Origin: Meiothermus sp.
Lineage (GTDB): Bacteria > Deinococcota > Deinococci > Deinococcales > Thermaceae
Length of the DNA stretch: 64,000 bases
NCBI GenBank assembly: GCA_033762915.1
Contig: JANRLD010000107.1
Location: forward strand, 31,215-95,214
Reading direction: 5' to 3'
Below, one piece after another: positions 19,368-30,202 of the stretch. Each line of letters opens with the position of its first letter. Position 1 is the stretch's first letter. A model generated the notes under the pieces. The model did not search any database. It had not been told where the DNA came from and saw only the letters and a list, made by a program, of their open reading frames with translations. The position numbers were made by a program, and so were the translations under genes.

Positions 19368-19803
19368 CACGAAGGAGATGACGCTCGAGGAGAGGCTCAT
19401 CTGGGTTTCGGCCGGGGTTTTGCTGGGTTCGGCTGGGGTCTACTGGGGGGTGATTCTCGGGCGGGCGCGGTACATTCCCATCACCGAGGTGCCTTACGGG
19501 TGGGCCATGTTCTGGAGCCTGGGGGCCGTGGTGCTGGGCTCTCTAGCGGTCGCGGTCGCGACGGTCATCCTGGCCCCCAGGGAGGCCGACCAAAAGGATC
19601 AGCGCGACCGCGAGGTCGGCCGCCACGGCGACGCGGCGGGGTACAACGTCTTGGCGTTGGGCTGCCTGGGGGTGCTGGCCCTGACGGTTGCCGGGGCCGA
19701 GCCCTTCTGGGTTGCCCATAGCCTCTACCTGTGCTGTGTGGTGGCGGGGCTCTGGAGCGCGGTAACCAAGATCATCGCCTATCGCCGGGGGTTCTCGCCT
19801 TGA
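19348..19803 (+). CDS. Hypothetical 4-TM membrane protein with a D(Q/E)RD motif
   Basis: Four hydrophobic segments, 'KDQRDREV', C-terminal 'KIIAYRRG'; coupled to the downstream XRE gene. Confidence 0.8.
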   Translation: MSKTFDITKEMTLEERLIWVSAGVLLGSAGVYWGVILGRARYIPITEVPYGWAMFWSLGAVVLGSLAVAVATVILAPREADQKDQRDREVGRHGDAAGYNVLALGCLGVLALTVAGAEPFWVAHSLYLCCVVAGLWSAVTKIIAYRRGFSP

Positions 19804-20027
19804 AGCCGACCAGGGTCACCAACCGCATCCGCCAGCTGCGGTTCGCCCACGGGGAGATGACCCAGGCCGAACTCGCCGAGCGGGTCGGCCTCACCCGCCA
19901 GACCATCATCGCCATCGAGCAGGGTCGCTACTCCCCCTCCCTCGAGATGGCCTTCCAGATCGCTAGGGTGTTCAAGGTGCCGCTCGAGAGCGTCTTCGAG
20001 TACACCGACCCGGATAGCGACACCTAA
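19800..20027 (+). CDS. XRE-family HTH transcriptional regulator
   Basis: NRIRQLRFAHGEMTQAELAERVGLTRQTIIAIEQGRYSPSLEMAFQIARVF; the TTG start overlaps the upstream TGA. Confidence 0.92.
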   Translation: MKPTRVTNRIRQLRFAHGEMTQAELAERVGLTRQTIIAIEQGRYSPSLEMAFQIARVFKVPLESVFEYTDPDSDT

Positions 20028-20094
20028 CCGCGGTTCCCACCCATACCTGGCACCGTAAACACCGGCGCCCTGGGTAGTCGTGGGAAGCGCTGCA
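20025..20094. repeat. Short variant of the structured dispersed repeat
   Basis: TAA-CCGCGGTTCCCACCCATACC...GGGTAGTCGTGGGAAGCGC; same terminal inverted repeats, starting at the stop codon. Confidence 0.6.
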
Positions 20095-20209
20095 AGTCCG
20101 ACAGCACCGGCAAAAGTCAGGGTTTATACCTAAAGGCTCGAGGGAGCCGAGGGTTTCCTATTGGCTCTTTTCACCCAATCTGGCAACCCAAAACCGGAAG
20201 GAATCAACT

Positions 20210-20875
20210 ATGAAGGCCCAGAAACGCAGCCCCGAATGGCTCTTCCCGACAGCCCTGATCCTGCTCGGCTTGGTTCCGGCCATTGCCGGGGCCGCCCGCG
20301 TCAACCAGTTGAGCAGCGGTGCGGAAATCACGCCAGAAAACGCCCGGTTTTTTGCTGCGCCGCTTCCGGTGGTGCTGCATATCCTTGGGGCGACGCTGTA
20401 CTCCTTGCTCGGGGCTTTTCAGTTCGCCCCTGGATTTCGCCCTGCGCGGCCGGGTTGGCACCGCGCCGCCGGTCGGCTGCTGATTCCCAGCGGGCTTGTC
20501 GTGGCGCTGACCGGGCTGTGGATGGCCCACTTCTACCCCTGGCCCCGCTTCGACGGTGAAATCCTCTACGGCCTTAGGTTGCTGTTCGGGACGGTCATGA
20601 CGCTCTCGATCCTGCTCGTGGTTGTGGCTCTTTTCCGGCGCGACTTCACCCGGCACGGGGCCTGGATGATCCGGGCCTACGCCATCGGGCTGGGTGCGGG
20701 TACCCAGGTTTTCACCCACATCCCCTGGGCACTGTGGCCGGAGATGCACAGCGAGCTGACCCGGGCGCTGTGCATGGGCGCGGGCTGGGTGATCAACGCC
20801 GCCGTGGCCGAGTGGATTGTCCGCAGGTGGTTCACCCGGCCCACTCGAGGCCCTAGGGTCGCGGCGCAGCCATGA
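20210..20875 (+). CDS. DUF2306-like membrane protein
   Basis: PVVLHI...LGAFQF...WHRAAGR...HGAWMIRAYAIGLGAGTQ...AGWVINAAVAEW. Confidence 0.85.
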   Translation: MKAQKRSPEWLFPTALILLGLVPAIAGAARVNQLSSGAEITPENARFFAAPLPVVLHILGATLYSLLGAFQFAPGFRPARPGWHRAAGRLLIPSGLVVALTGLWMAHFYPWPRFDGEILYGLRLLFGTVMTLSILLVVVALFRRDFTRHGAWMIRAYAIGLGAGTQVFTHIPWALWPEMHSELTRALCMGAGWVINAAVAEWIVRRWFTRPTRGPRVAAQP

Positions 20876-21261
20876 GGGCCCGCTGGACAGACCCTCCCCA
20901 CGCCCCAAGGCTTGAGTTCACCCACCTGTGGCACCAGAATCTGGACTTCGCGCAGCGCCTCGTTCTCGAGTACGTTTTGCTGGCATGCTGGTAGAATTCG
21001 GCTCCTAATGACTTTCCCGCATCGTACCGCCGAGGCTAGGGGATTGGAGGAGTTTGTGGGGCGGGGGTATCCCGACTCGCAGCGAGGTGTCTGTGTCGAT
21101 GTGGCGGGGGTTTGGAGCGCGTCGTCCGGGGGCCGCCGGGCTATCTGGCCAACCCTCGAGGGGGAGGCCGTGGAGCCTGACCGAGTCCCCTGGCCCGATG
21201 CCGTTGAGGGGTTGAAGGAGTTGTGCTCGAGTCCTGCTCGGCCCTGCGTGGAGGTAAAAAG

Positions 21262-21702
21262 ATGAAACGGGTTGAGTTCACGGCCATCTGCAACGCAGAC
21301 GCGCAGACCACCTGGAAGCATTTTGTGGCAGAGCTGTGGCTTAAGGGCGCAGGCCTTACCCCGCGGATGGTTGTGGAAGACGCGGGCGACACAACGGGAA
21401 ACGGCGCCACCCGGTGGATTCCGGTGTTTGGCCGGTTGGGCATCCGCGAGGCAATCACCCTGACCCAATATCCGGAGTATCTCCAATACCAGGTCATGGA
21501 TCTTAAGACCTCGGCATTCCCGGTCAGGCATCACCTGGGCAGGGTCGACTTTGTGCCCGTGGATGGCGGAAAAACTCGGGTGGTGTGGAGCATTGAGTAC
21601 ACACCCAAACCCGGCTCGGGATGGTTCGTACAGATGATCGTCGGTTACGTCATCCCCAACTACCTCAAGGCCCTGGAACGAATCTGCGCCAATCCATCCT
21701 GA
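21262..21702 (+). CDS. SRPBCC-family (polyketide cyclase/dehydrase-like) protein
   Basis: GGAGG RBS; 'G.GATR...IREAI...LQYQV...HHLGRVDFVPVDGGKTRVVWSIEY'. Confidence 0.75.
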   Translation: MKRVEFTAICNADAQTTWKHFVAELWLKGAGLTPRMVVEDAGDTTGNGATRWIPVFGRLGIREAITLTQYPEYLQYQVMDLKTSAFPVRHHLGRVDFVPVDGGKTRVVWSIEYTPKPGSGWFVQMIVGYVIPNYLKALERICANPS

Positions 21703-21984
21703 ACCAAACGAATGTTCACACCGGCTCGAGCCACCTGGCCGAGGCGGTGAAGCGCCTGACCCAGACCCGGGTTTAGGCTTGCTAGAGAGGGGTGGCTCGA
21801 GGGAGCCGCCCACGCACAGAGGCCCTGCTCGAGGCCCCGATCTTCACACCGAAATTTCGGTAGGTCGGTCTAGCCCCGAGACCCAAACGACACCCCCGAG
21901 ACCCCCGTTTCCTACCGTTTAGCGTACGGCGCACTCACCCTGCCGTCCGTGGCCTAAGCGCCTCGGTTCTACGGAGGTCTCTTA

Positions 21985-24579
21985 GTGAAGCAACACACCC
22001 ATGCCGTCGCCGTGCTGGCCCTGGCGGTTCTGATCGCGGCCTGTGGCTCGCCGCCCGACCAGAGCCCGGTCGTCAGCCTCTCCACCGCCCAGACCGCCCA
22101 GGACGGCCGCCCGCTCACGCTGGTAGCCACCGTAACCAGTCCGGCCAGCACTGCCATCACCAAAGTGGAGTTCTTCCGGGGTCAGACTCGGCTGGGCGAG
22201 GACGCCAGCAGCCCCTACGAGTTCACCCTGCCGCTGAGCGTCAGCGCCGACACCACCCTCGAGTTCAGCGCCACCGCCACCGACGAACAGAACCGCACCG
22301 GCAGGAAGAGCCTCTCGGTACCCGTCACCGCCGACACCCAGGCCCCCACGGCAGGGCTCAGCGGCAGCTCCAGCAGCTTTGTCACCGGCGGAACCCTGAC
22401 CTTGAGCGCCACCGTAAACGACAACGTCGGGGTGCAGAAGGTGGAGTTCTACCGGGCAACTGCCAAGCTGGGCGAGGACACCGAAGCCCCATACAGCCTC
22501 GAGGTGCCCATCACCTCCGCGGACAACGGCAGCCTCGAGTTCAGCGCCAGGGCCTACGACTTCAAGGGCCTCGAGGCCAGCTCGGCGGTTTTCGCGGTGA
22601 CGGTGGACATCGACGAGATTCCGCCCACCGTCAGCCTCAGCCGCAGCCCCGGCAGCCTCACCGCGCCGGGCAGCATCACCCTCAGCGCCACTGCCTCAGA
22701 CAACAAGGGCGTGGCCAAGGTGGAGTTCTTCAACGGCACCACCCTGCTGGGCGAGGACACCACCAGCCCCTACAGCTTCAACGTGGCCTACAGCGCCAGC
22801 TACAACAACACCGATAGCTTTACTGCCCGCGCTGTGGATATAGACGGCAACACCGCCACCAGCAGCGCGGTCACGGCGAACATTGACATTGACATCACCC
22901 CGCCCACGGTCAGCCTGACGTCCTCGAGTGCCAGCTTCACCGCACCCGCAACCCTGACCCTCACCGCCGCCGCCAGCGACAACCGCGCAGTAGCGAGGGT
23001 GGAGTTCTACCGGGGCAGCACCCTCTTGGTCAGCGACACCACCGCGCCCTACAGCCACAGCCTGTCCCTGACCGCACCGGACAACGGCAATCTAAGCTTC
23101 TCGGCCATTGCTTTTGATACCCGCAACAACCAGGGCCAAGACACCGAGACCGTCTCGGTGGCGATTCCGCCTTCGATTGCCGCCTTCACCCCCAGCGTCA
23201 CCTCGTTCACCTCGGACGGCGGGGCCTTCACCCTCAACTTTTCGGCGGCCAACTTCAGCGCCCTCACCCTGAGTGCCAACCCCACCACCGGCCTGACCGG
23301 CCTGCCCAGTGGCCCCCTGGCTCCCTCCGCCACCTCGCAGAGCCTCAGCCTGTCGCCCAACACCACCCGCTTCGACCGCACCTACCAGTTCACCTTAAAC
23401 GCCGCAGGCCACGGCGGGGTGACCCCCAGCACCTTGACCCTCAGCCTGACCCAGACCCCGGCCTTTAGCAACATTTCAGCCGGATTCTACGGAACCTGCG
23501 CCTTGATTGGTGGGCAGCTTCACTGCTGGGGCGGCTTCCCCAATGTGGGAGCAACGGTGCCTCAGGCCAGCTTGGTAGCTCAGGGAGCGATTCCGGCGGG
23601 GGTCAGTGTGGCTCAGCTGAGCGTGGGGTATACCGCGTGTATTATCGGCTCCAACAACGTGGCCTACTGCTGGGGGGCCAACCTCAACGGCTCGGCGGGG
23701 GATGGAACCACCAACCCCAAGGCCAGCCCAGTCGCGGTGAGCCAAGGGGCCATACCAGCGGGTGTGACCCTAACCCGCATCGCCACCAAAACCTCGCACA
23801 CCTGCGCTATCGGCAGCAACGGACGGGTTTATTGCTGGGGCTGGAACGCGTTTGGTCAGTTGGGCGGCGGCAACCTCAACGACTCGAGCGTACCCGCAGG
23901 GGTCAGCAATAGCTTCTTCCCCACGGCGGCGCGGCCCCTGACTGATGTCACTACTGGGGATGCCCACTCGTGTGCACTGGGCAGCGATGGCAGCGCCCAC
24001 TGCTGGGGCTACAACTTTGCGGGTCAGTTGGGCAACAACTCCACTGGCAACTCCACCTTTGCCACTCCAGTTGAGCAGGGAGCCAGACCCGCCGGGGTGA
24101 CTTATACCAAACTCAGTGCGGGCTATTCCCACACCTGTGCGCTGGGCAGCAATGGCTGGATTTACTGCTGGGGGCTGGGCAACGCCCACCAACTGGGTAA
24201 CGCCAGTGCTCAAAACCGAATCGTGCCAGTGGCGGTTTCCTCGAGTGGTCTGCCCGCTGGCCTAACCTTTACCGATGTGTCCGCCGGAAACTTCCATACC
24301 TGCGCCTTAGGCTCCAACGCCCAAGTCTACTGCTGGGGCACGGGCTTTGCGGCAGGTGCAAGCACCTCGAGTACCTCAATCACCACCCCCACCGCACTGC
24401 CCAACGGAACCATCCCTGCTGGGGCAACGATTACCCAGCTCTCCAGCGGCGCCGACCACGCCTGCGCCATCGGCAGCGACAGGCGGGCCTACTGCTGGGG
24501 CAGCAACACCGACAGCAAACTCGGGCGCGTCAGCGCGGATACTTCGGCCCCAGGGCGGGTGCTGAGCCCTACACCGTAG
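21985..24579 (+). CDS. Surface lipoprotein with four Ig-like (Big_7-type) repeats and an RCC1/BLIP-II beta-propeller
   Basis: Lipobox LIAAC, four 'VEF(F/Y).G...L.(E/S)D...PY' repeats, about seven 'HTCAxGSNGxVYCWG.N..GQLG'-type repeats. Confidence 0.88.
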   Translation: MKQHTHAVAVLALAVLIAACGSPPDQSPVVSLSTAQTAQDGRPLTLVATVTSPASTAITKVEFFRGQTRLGEDASSPYEFTLPLSVSADTTLEFSATATDEQNRTGRKSLSVPVTADTQAPTAGLSGSSSSFVTGGTLTLSATVNDNVGVQKVEFYRATAKLGEDTEAPYSLEVPITSADNGSLEFSARAYDFKGLEASSAVFAVTVDIDEIPPTVSLSRSPGSLTAPGSITLSATASDNKGVAKVEFFNGTTLLGEDTTSPYSFNVAYSASYNNTDSFTARAVDIDGNTATSSAVTANIDIDITPPTVSLTSSSASFTAPATLTLTAAASDNRAVARVEFYRGSTLLVSDTTAPYSHSLSLTAPDNGNLSFSAIAFDTRNNQGQDTETVSVAIPPSIAAFTPSVTSFTSDGGAFTLNFSAANFSALTLSANPTTGLTGLPSGPLAPSATSQSLSLSPNTTRFDRTYQFTLNAAGHGGVTPSTLTLSLTQTPAFSNISAGFYGTCALIGGQLHCWGGFPNVGATVPQASLVAQGAIPAGVSVAQLSVGYTACIIGSNNVAYCWGANLNGSAGDGTTNPKASPVAVSQGAIPAGVTLTRIATKTSHTCAIGSNGRVYCWGWNAFGQLGGGNLNDSSVPAGVSNSFFPTAARPLTDVTTGDAHSCALGSDGSAHCWGYNFAGQLGNNSTGNSTFATPVEQGARPAGVTYTKLSAGYSHTCALGSNGWIYCWGLGNAHQLGNASAQNRIVPVAVSSSGLPAGLTFTDVSAGNFHTCALGSNAQVYCWGTGFAAGASTSSTSITTPTALPNGTIPAGATITQLSSGADHACAIGSDRRAYCWGSNTDSKLGRVSADTSAPGRVLSPTP

Positions 24580-24768
24580 AGCGCGTTTATGAAGTCCAGA
24601 CCGTCAGCGAAAGTCAACGGCATTCGCTTTGCTCATTCCCTCACCCCCAGCCCCTCTCCCTCTGGGAGAGGGGTTCTAACCTGCAAAAGCCCTTCTCCCT
24701 CTGGGAGAAGGGTTGGGATGAGGGGCAGTGACTCCTGAAGCCAAAAGAAACCTTGAATAGACCGCTGA
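24577..24768. repeat. REP/MITE-like element containing paired CCCTCTCCC...GGGAGAGGG hairpins
   Basis: CCCTCACCCCCAGCCCCTCTCCCTCTGGGAGAGGGG followed by CCCTTCTCCCTCTGGGAGAAGGGTTGGGATGAGGGG (24638-24725); flanks TAGAGCGCGTTTATGAAG and CTTGAATAGACCGCTGA form an imperfect inverted repeat. Confidence 0.7.
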
Positions 24769-24803
24769 CCATAGACCTTCGACATCTTCACTGAGGTAAT
24801 CCC

Positions 24804-26084
24804 ATGAAAACCCTACTCACCCTTCTGATCGTCCTTATGGCAGGTATCGGCATGACCCAAGAACTTGACACCAACCAAAAACGCGACCTCCGCGCCGCCC
24901 GCCTCAAACTCGACAGCACCGAACGCCTGCTCAAAAACTACGCCGATCGCGATGCCGCCGAGACCGAGCGCTGGTACGGCCGCGAAAAGGCCAAGTTCGA
25001 AGAGAATCTCAAAGAGGCCAAGGAAGACCTCGACAAGTTGCCCCCCGCTCACCCCGAAGTGGCCCTACAGCTCGAGCGCTTCCAGACCCTGAGCGCACAG
25101 GTACAGGCGGTGGCGCAAAAGGCCGGGGCGGTCTCGAGCCAGAATGCCGCGTTGGCTTCCGATTGGGCCACCTATGCGGCCTCGCCGCAGTACAAAACCG
25201 ACAGGGAATTCCTGCAGTCCCTCTCCGAAATCATCCGTGTCAGCAACTCCCTCTGGGATTTAAAGGATTTCAAGCTGGGCTCTGCGGCTAACGACGCCTG
25301 GCGCAAGCGCGACCTCGAGTTGGCCCAAAGCCTCCCCAACATGGTTAAAACCCTGGACAGCCTGATTGCCCGCTACGAGGCCGCAGGCCGCGAGGCCCAG
25401 CGCGACCTGACTTTCGCCAAGGCCCAGAAAGCGTACTTCGCCGCTGTGGTGGCCGCCGCCGAAGCATTCAAGGCGGGCGCTCCCACGGCCATCAACAATC
25501 AAGTGGCCAACTTCAACAAGGTCTTGGCCGAGGCCACCAGCCGCAAAGACTACCTGGCCTTCGGGCCGTTTGGCGACGTGGGCGCGGCCAGCAATACCGC
25601 CGCCCACAACGCCCAGGTCTACAAAATCATGGTTCCCGGTAGCGCAGCTCAGATGGATGCTGTCATCGGCAAGCTTCAGGCGACCATGAAAGCTACTGTC
25701 GACAAGCTGTCCGCCGACATCATTAAGAGCAACAACCCGCCCACCGACAGCTATAGCGGGGCCGATGCCGCCGCCCTCAAGTCCCAGGTGCAGAAGTGGT
25801 GGAGTGCTCAGTACGCCAAAGATCAGATCATGCTGGTGCGGCTGCATGGGCAGTGGAACCGCAATGCGGGCTACCGCTGGGATCGCTTTAGCGAGGCCTG
25901 GGTCAAGTTCGACGAAAGCTACCTTAATGCCACCGTGGTGATTCGTTTTGATGGGCAGTATGCCGCCACCTTCCCAGTCCGCATTGGCAAGAACGGCCTG
26001 ACCGGGGCACTCTACCCCGAGTTGCTGGCCAGGGCGGACAAGCCCGGCCCCAACTACTTGGTGCTGCTCAGCAAGTTCAAGTAA
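24804..26084 (+). CDS. Hypothetical secreted protein, helical/coiled N-terminal region
   Basis: 426-aa ORF, GAGGT RBS, signal peptide [19 protein letters not shown]. Confidence 0.8.
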   Translation: MKTLLTLLIVLMAGIGMTQELDTNQKRDLRAARLKLDSTERLLKNYADRDAAETERWYGREKAKFEENLKEAKEDLDKLPPAHPEVALQLERFQTLSAQVQAVAQKAGAVSSQNAALASDWATYAASPQYKTDREFLQSLSEIIRVSNSLWDLKDFKLGSAANDAWRKRDLELAQSLPNMVKTLDSLIARYEAAGREAQRDLTFAKAQKAYFAAVVAAAEAFKAGAPTAINNQVANFNKVLAEATSRKDYLAFGPFGDVGAASNTAAHNAQVYKIMVPGSAAQMDAVIGKLQATMKATVDKLSADIIKSNNPPTDSYSGADAAALKSQVQKWWSAQYAKDQIMLVRLHGQWNRNAGYRWDRFSEAWVKFDESYLNATVVIRFDGQYAATFPVRIGKNGLTGALYPELLARADKPGPNYLVLLSKFK

Positions 26085-26263
26085 GTCAGGGCTGTGCGCT
26101 CGAGCCGAAGCCGGTCCTTCGGGACCCGGAAACGCTGCGGTGGTGGGTCGAGCGGGAAAGGGGCGGGTTTGGGGATGGCTCCCCCTGGCTCGGCCCGCTG
26201 GTCCAGACTGGGAAAACCCCAGTCTCAACTCGCGCTCTGCGACTCGAGGTATGCTGTCGGCCA

Positions 26264-27058
26264 ATGGAACAGTATCACCGCCTGATGCGTCACATTCTCG
26301 AGTCCGGCACCCGCAAAACCGACCGCACCGGCACGGGCACGCTTTCGGTGTTTGGGTATCAGATGCGTTTCGACCTGGCCGAGGGCTTCCCGCTGGTTAC
26401 CACCAAAAAGCTGCACCTGCGCTCGATCATTCACGAGCTGCTGTGGTTTTTGAAGGGCGACACCAACGTGAAGTATCTGCGCGACAACGGCGTGACCATC
26501 TGGGACGAGTGGGCCGACGCGCAGGGCGAACTCGGGCCGGTCTACGGCCACCAGTGGCGCAGCTGGCCCACTCCGGACGGGCGCCACATCGACCAGATCG
26601 CCCAGGTGGTAGGCCAGATTCGCCGCAGCCCGGACAGCCGCCGCCTGATGGTGAGCGCGTGGAATGTGGGCGAGATCGAGAAGATGGCCCTCCCACCCTG
26701 CCATGCCCTGTTCCAGTTCTACGTCGCCGACGGCAAACTCTCCTGCCAGCTCTACCAGCGCAGTGCCGACGTGTTCCTGGGGGTGCCCTTTAACATCGCC
26801 TCCTACGCCCTGCTGACCCAGATGGTCGCCCAGGTGACGGGCCTGAGGCCGGGCGAGTTCGTGCACACCCTGGGCGACGCGCATCTATACCTGAATCACC
26901 TCGAGCAGGCCCGCCTCCAGCTCGGCCGCGAGCCCCGCCCCCTGCCCCAGATGGTGCTAAACCCCGAGCGCAGTGAACTCGAGGCGTTCGTCTACGAGGA
27001 CTTCACCCTGATCGGCTACGACCCCCATCCTGGCATCAAGGCCCCGATCGCGGTGTAG
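26264..27058 (+). CDS. thyA: Thymidylate synthase
   Basis: [48 protein letters not shown]. Confidence 0.98.
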   Translation: MEQYHRLMRHILESGTRKTDRTGTGTLSVFGYQMRFDLAEGFPLVTTKKLHLRSIIHELLWFLKGDTNVKYLRDNGVTIWDEWADAQGELGPVYGHQWRSWPTPDGRHIDQIAQVVGQIRRSPDSRRLMVSAWNVGEIEKMALPPCHALFQFYVADGKLSCQLYQRSADVFLGVPFNIASYALLTQMVAQVTGLRPGEFVHTLGDAHLYLNHLEQARLQLGREPRPLPQMVLNPERSELEAFVYEDFTLIGYDPHPGIKAPIAV

Positions 27059-27541
27059 ATGATCTCCCTCATCGTTGCCGCCTCACAAAACCGGGCCATC
27101 GGTCGGGAGAACCGGTTGCCCTGGCACCTGCCCAACGACCTCAGATACTTCCGGCGCGTGACCAAGGGCAGCCCGGTCATCATGGGGCGCAAGACCTTTG
27201 AGTCCATCGGGTGGCCCCTGCCGGGCCGGCAGAACATCGTGGTCACGCGGGATAAGGCCTACCGCGCCGAGGGCTGCGAGGTGGTGAACTCGCTGGAGGC
27301 TGCCTTCCTGGCGGCCCAGCAGGACAGAGAAATCTTCGTCATCGGGGGAGCCGATCTGTACCGTCAGGCGCTAGGATTGGCGGGCCGCATCTACCTCACC
27401 GAGGTCCACGCCGAGGTCGAGGGCGACGCCTTCTTCCCCGACCCCGGCCCCGACTGGCAAGAGGTAAGCCGGGAGCACCACCCGGCCGACCTCGAGCACG
27501 CCCATGCCTTCGACTGGGTGGTGCTGGAGCGTCGGACCTGA
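27059..27541 (+). CDS. folA: Dihydrofolate reductase
   Basis: AIG.EN.LPWHLPNDL, VIMGRKTFESIG.PLPGRQNIV, IFVIGGA, EGDAFFP. Confidence 0.97.
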   Translation: MISLIVAASQNRAIGRENRLPWHLPNDLRYFRRVTKGSPVIMGRKTFESIGWPLPGRQNIVVTRDKAYRAEGCEVVNSLEAAFLAAQQDREIFVIGGADLYRQALGLAGRIYLTEVHAEVEGDAFFPDPGPDWQEVSREHHPADLEHAHAFDWVVLERRT

Positions 27542-27593
27542 GGGCGGGGCTTAGGCCTCCCGCCGGGCCCCGTTCCCGACGCCTCGACTGCGC

Positions 27594-28712
<1,119 letters not shown>

Positions 28713-28721
28713 CGGGGGCCC

Positions 28722-29891
28722 CTATTTGCCGCTCAGCTTGCCCAGCGACGGGGCGTGCTGGGCCTCGCGCGGGGCGGTGCCGGTGGGAGTTTGCTTGTTG
28801 GCGATGGTGCGCTCGAGTTGCCGCTGCATGGCCTGCCAGGTGTTGTCCCAGGACATCCCGCTGATCAGCGCGTCGGCCCTGACCTGCCGGGCCTGCTGGT
28901 CGTTGGAGAGGGCCTTGCGGAGGGCCCGGCAGAAGGCGTCCGGGCCGTTTGCGATGTAGACCACTCCGGCTTCGCCGTAGGGCCGCACCACGTCCTTGAT
29001 GGACGTCGAAACCACCGGCTTGCCCGCCGCCAGGTATTCCGGCGTCTTGGTGGGGGAGATGAAGCGGGTGGACTCGTTGAGCGTGAAGGGCAGAAGGGCC
29101 ACGTCCCAGTGGGCCAGGTAGGCCGGCAGCTCGGCGTAGGTCTTGCGGCCCAGGAAGTGCAGGTTGGGCCGCTCGGGAAGGTCGGAGGGGTCGATCTTGG
29201 CCAGCGGCCCCACCAGCACAAACTCGACCTCAGGCATGCGCTCGGCGCAGGAGTCCAGGAGTTCCAGGTCCATGCGCTCGTCGATCACACCGTAAAAGCC
29301 CGCCCGGGGGTGGCGGAGCTGCTGGAGGTCGTGGGGTTCGGGGAGCAGGCGCCGGGCCTTGGCGAAGTGCTCGACCTCGACCGAGGAGGGGAAGCAGTGG
29401 ACATTGGGGTTCTGGGCGCACTTGGCCTCGTATAGGCTGACCCCCCCGGTGAACACGATGTCGGCCCGCTCGAAGAGTTGCTTTTCGCGCTGGCGCAGGA
29501 TGGGGGGGGCGAAGCGGAAGTTGGCCAGCTCATCCATGCAGTCGTACACGACGGCCTGGGGCTTGAGACCCCCCAGGTAGTACAGCGGCATCGGGCTGTA
29601 CATCCACAGCACGAAGCGCTCCACCGCCTGGTCGGCCAGCAGACCATCGAGCATCTGTCGGCACATGCGGCCGACTTGTACCTCGTCGAGGCCGGTGGGC
29701 AGGTGCGGGGTGGCGACAAGCACGCCGGAGTCGCGCCGGGTCTCGAGGTGGGGCGGCAGGTCCTCGGCGAATACCGGCTCCTCCCAGTAGATCACCTTGC
29801 GCCCCTTGGCGGCCCGGGTCATCAGGTGCTGCGGGCGCTGGAACACCAAATCCCAGCGTAAATGGCTGACGCAAACCAGGTCATAGTTCAT
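28722..29891 (-). CDS. Glycosyltransferase (GT-B fold), glf-associated
   Basis: SHLRWDLVFQRPQHLM, VYDCMDEL, FISPTKTPEYLAAGKPVVST. ATG at 29891 is inferred. Confidence 0.9.
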   Translation of the reverse strand: MNYDLVCVSHLRWDLVFQRPQHLMTRAAKGRKVIYWEEPVFAEDLPPHLETRRDSGVLVATPHLPTGLDEVQVGRMCRQMLDGLLADQAVERFVLWMYSPMPLYYLGGLKPQAVVYDCMDELANFRFAPPILRQREKQLFERADIVFTGGVSLYEAKCAQNPNVHCFPSSVEVEHFAKARRLLPEPHDLQQLRHPRAGFYGVIDERMDLELLDSCAERMPEVEFVLVGPLAKIDPSDLPERPNLHFLGRKTYAELPAYLAHWDVALLPFTLNESTRFISPTKTPEYLAAGKPVVSTSIKDVVRPYGEAGVVYIANGPDAFCRALRKALSNDQQARQVRADALISGMSWDNTWQAMQRQLERTIANKQTPTGTAPREAQHAPSLGKLSGK

Positions 29892-29959
29892 GGCGGTCCT
29901 TTCTTGGAAGACAGACTTCTTTATCCCCGCCCTTTCAGGCGGGGAGGCGTTGGGGCTTC

Positions 29960-30054
29960 CATCGTGGTTCCCACCATTACCTCCCTCGAGGTGGCAGGTA
30001 ATGTACTCCCTATAGCAAAAACCGCAGTAGGGAGTATGCGTGGGAACCGCTCCA
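29960..30054. repeat. Structured ~90-nt dispersed repeat, copy B
   Basis: GGTTCCCAC-CATTACCT...AGGTAATG-TACTCCCTA...TAGGGAGTA-TGC-GTGGGAACC: an outer stem plus two inner stems. Confidence 0.85.
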
Positions 30055-30061
30055 TGCCCCA

Positions 30062-30114
30062 AGGATGCAACCCCCCATTGACCAACCCCTGAACCACTGC
30101 TGAGGTTGCCCTGA
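30062..30114 (-). promoter_or_regulatory. (TCAG-N7)x4 promoter of the glycosyltransferase-glf operon
   Basis: Minus strand: tcag ggcaacc tcag cagtggt tcag gggttgg tcaa N10 catcct. Confidence 0.7.
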
Positions 30115-30202
30115 AACACCTACTTTTTACCGTCAGAGCCGCAAAAAACGGGTTAGTCTTGGGGCCGCAGCTGGGGGGGCTTGGGAGCCCCTTTACCCGC
30201 GG

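Noticed and set aside
20912..21265. Possible decayed BTAD-domain fragment (VCVDVAG...PDAVEGLKE)
   Set aside because: The resemblance to the BTAD segment is too weak to call by eye; it needs an HMM search.
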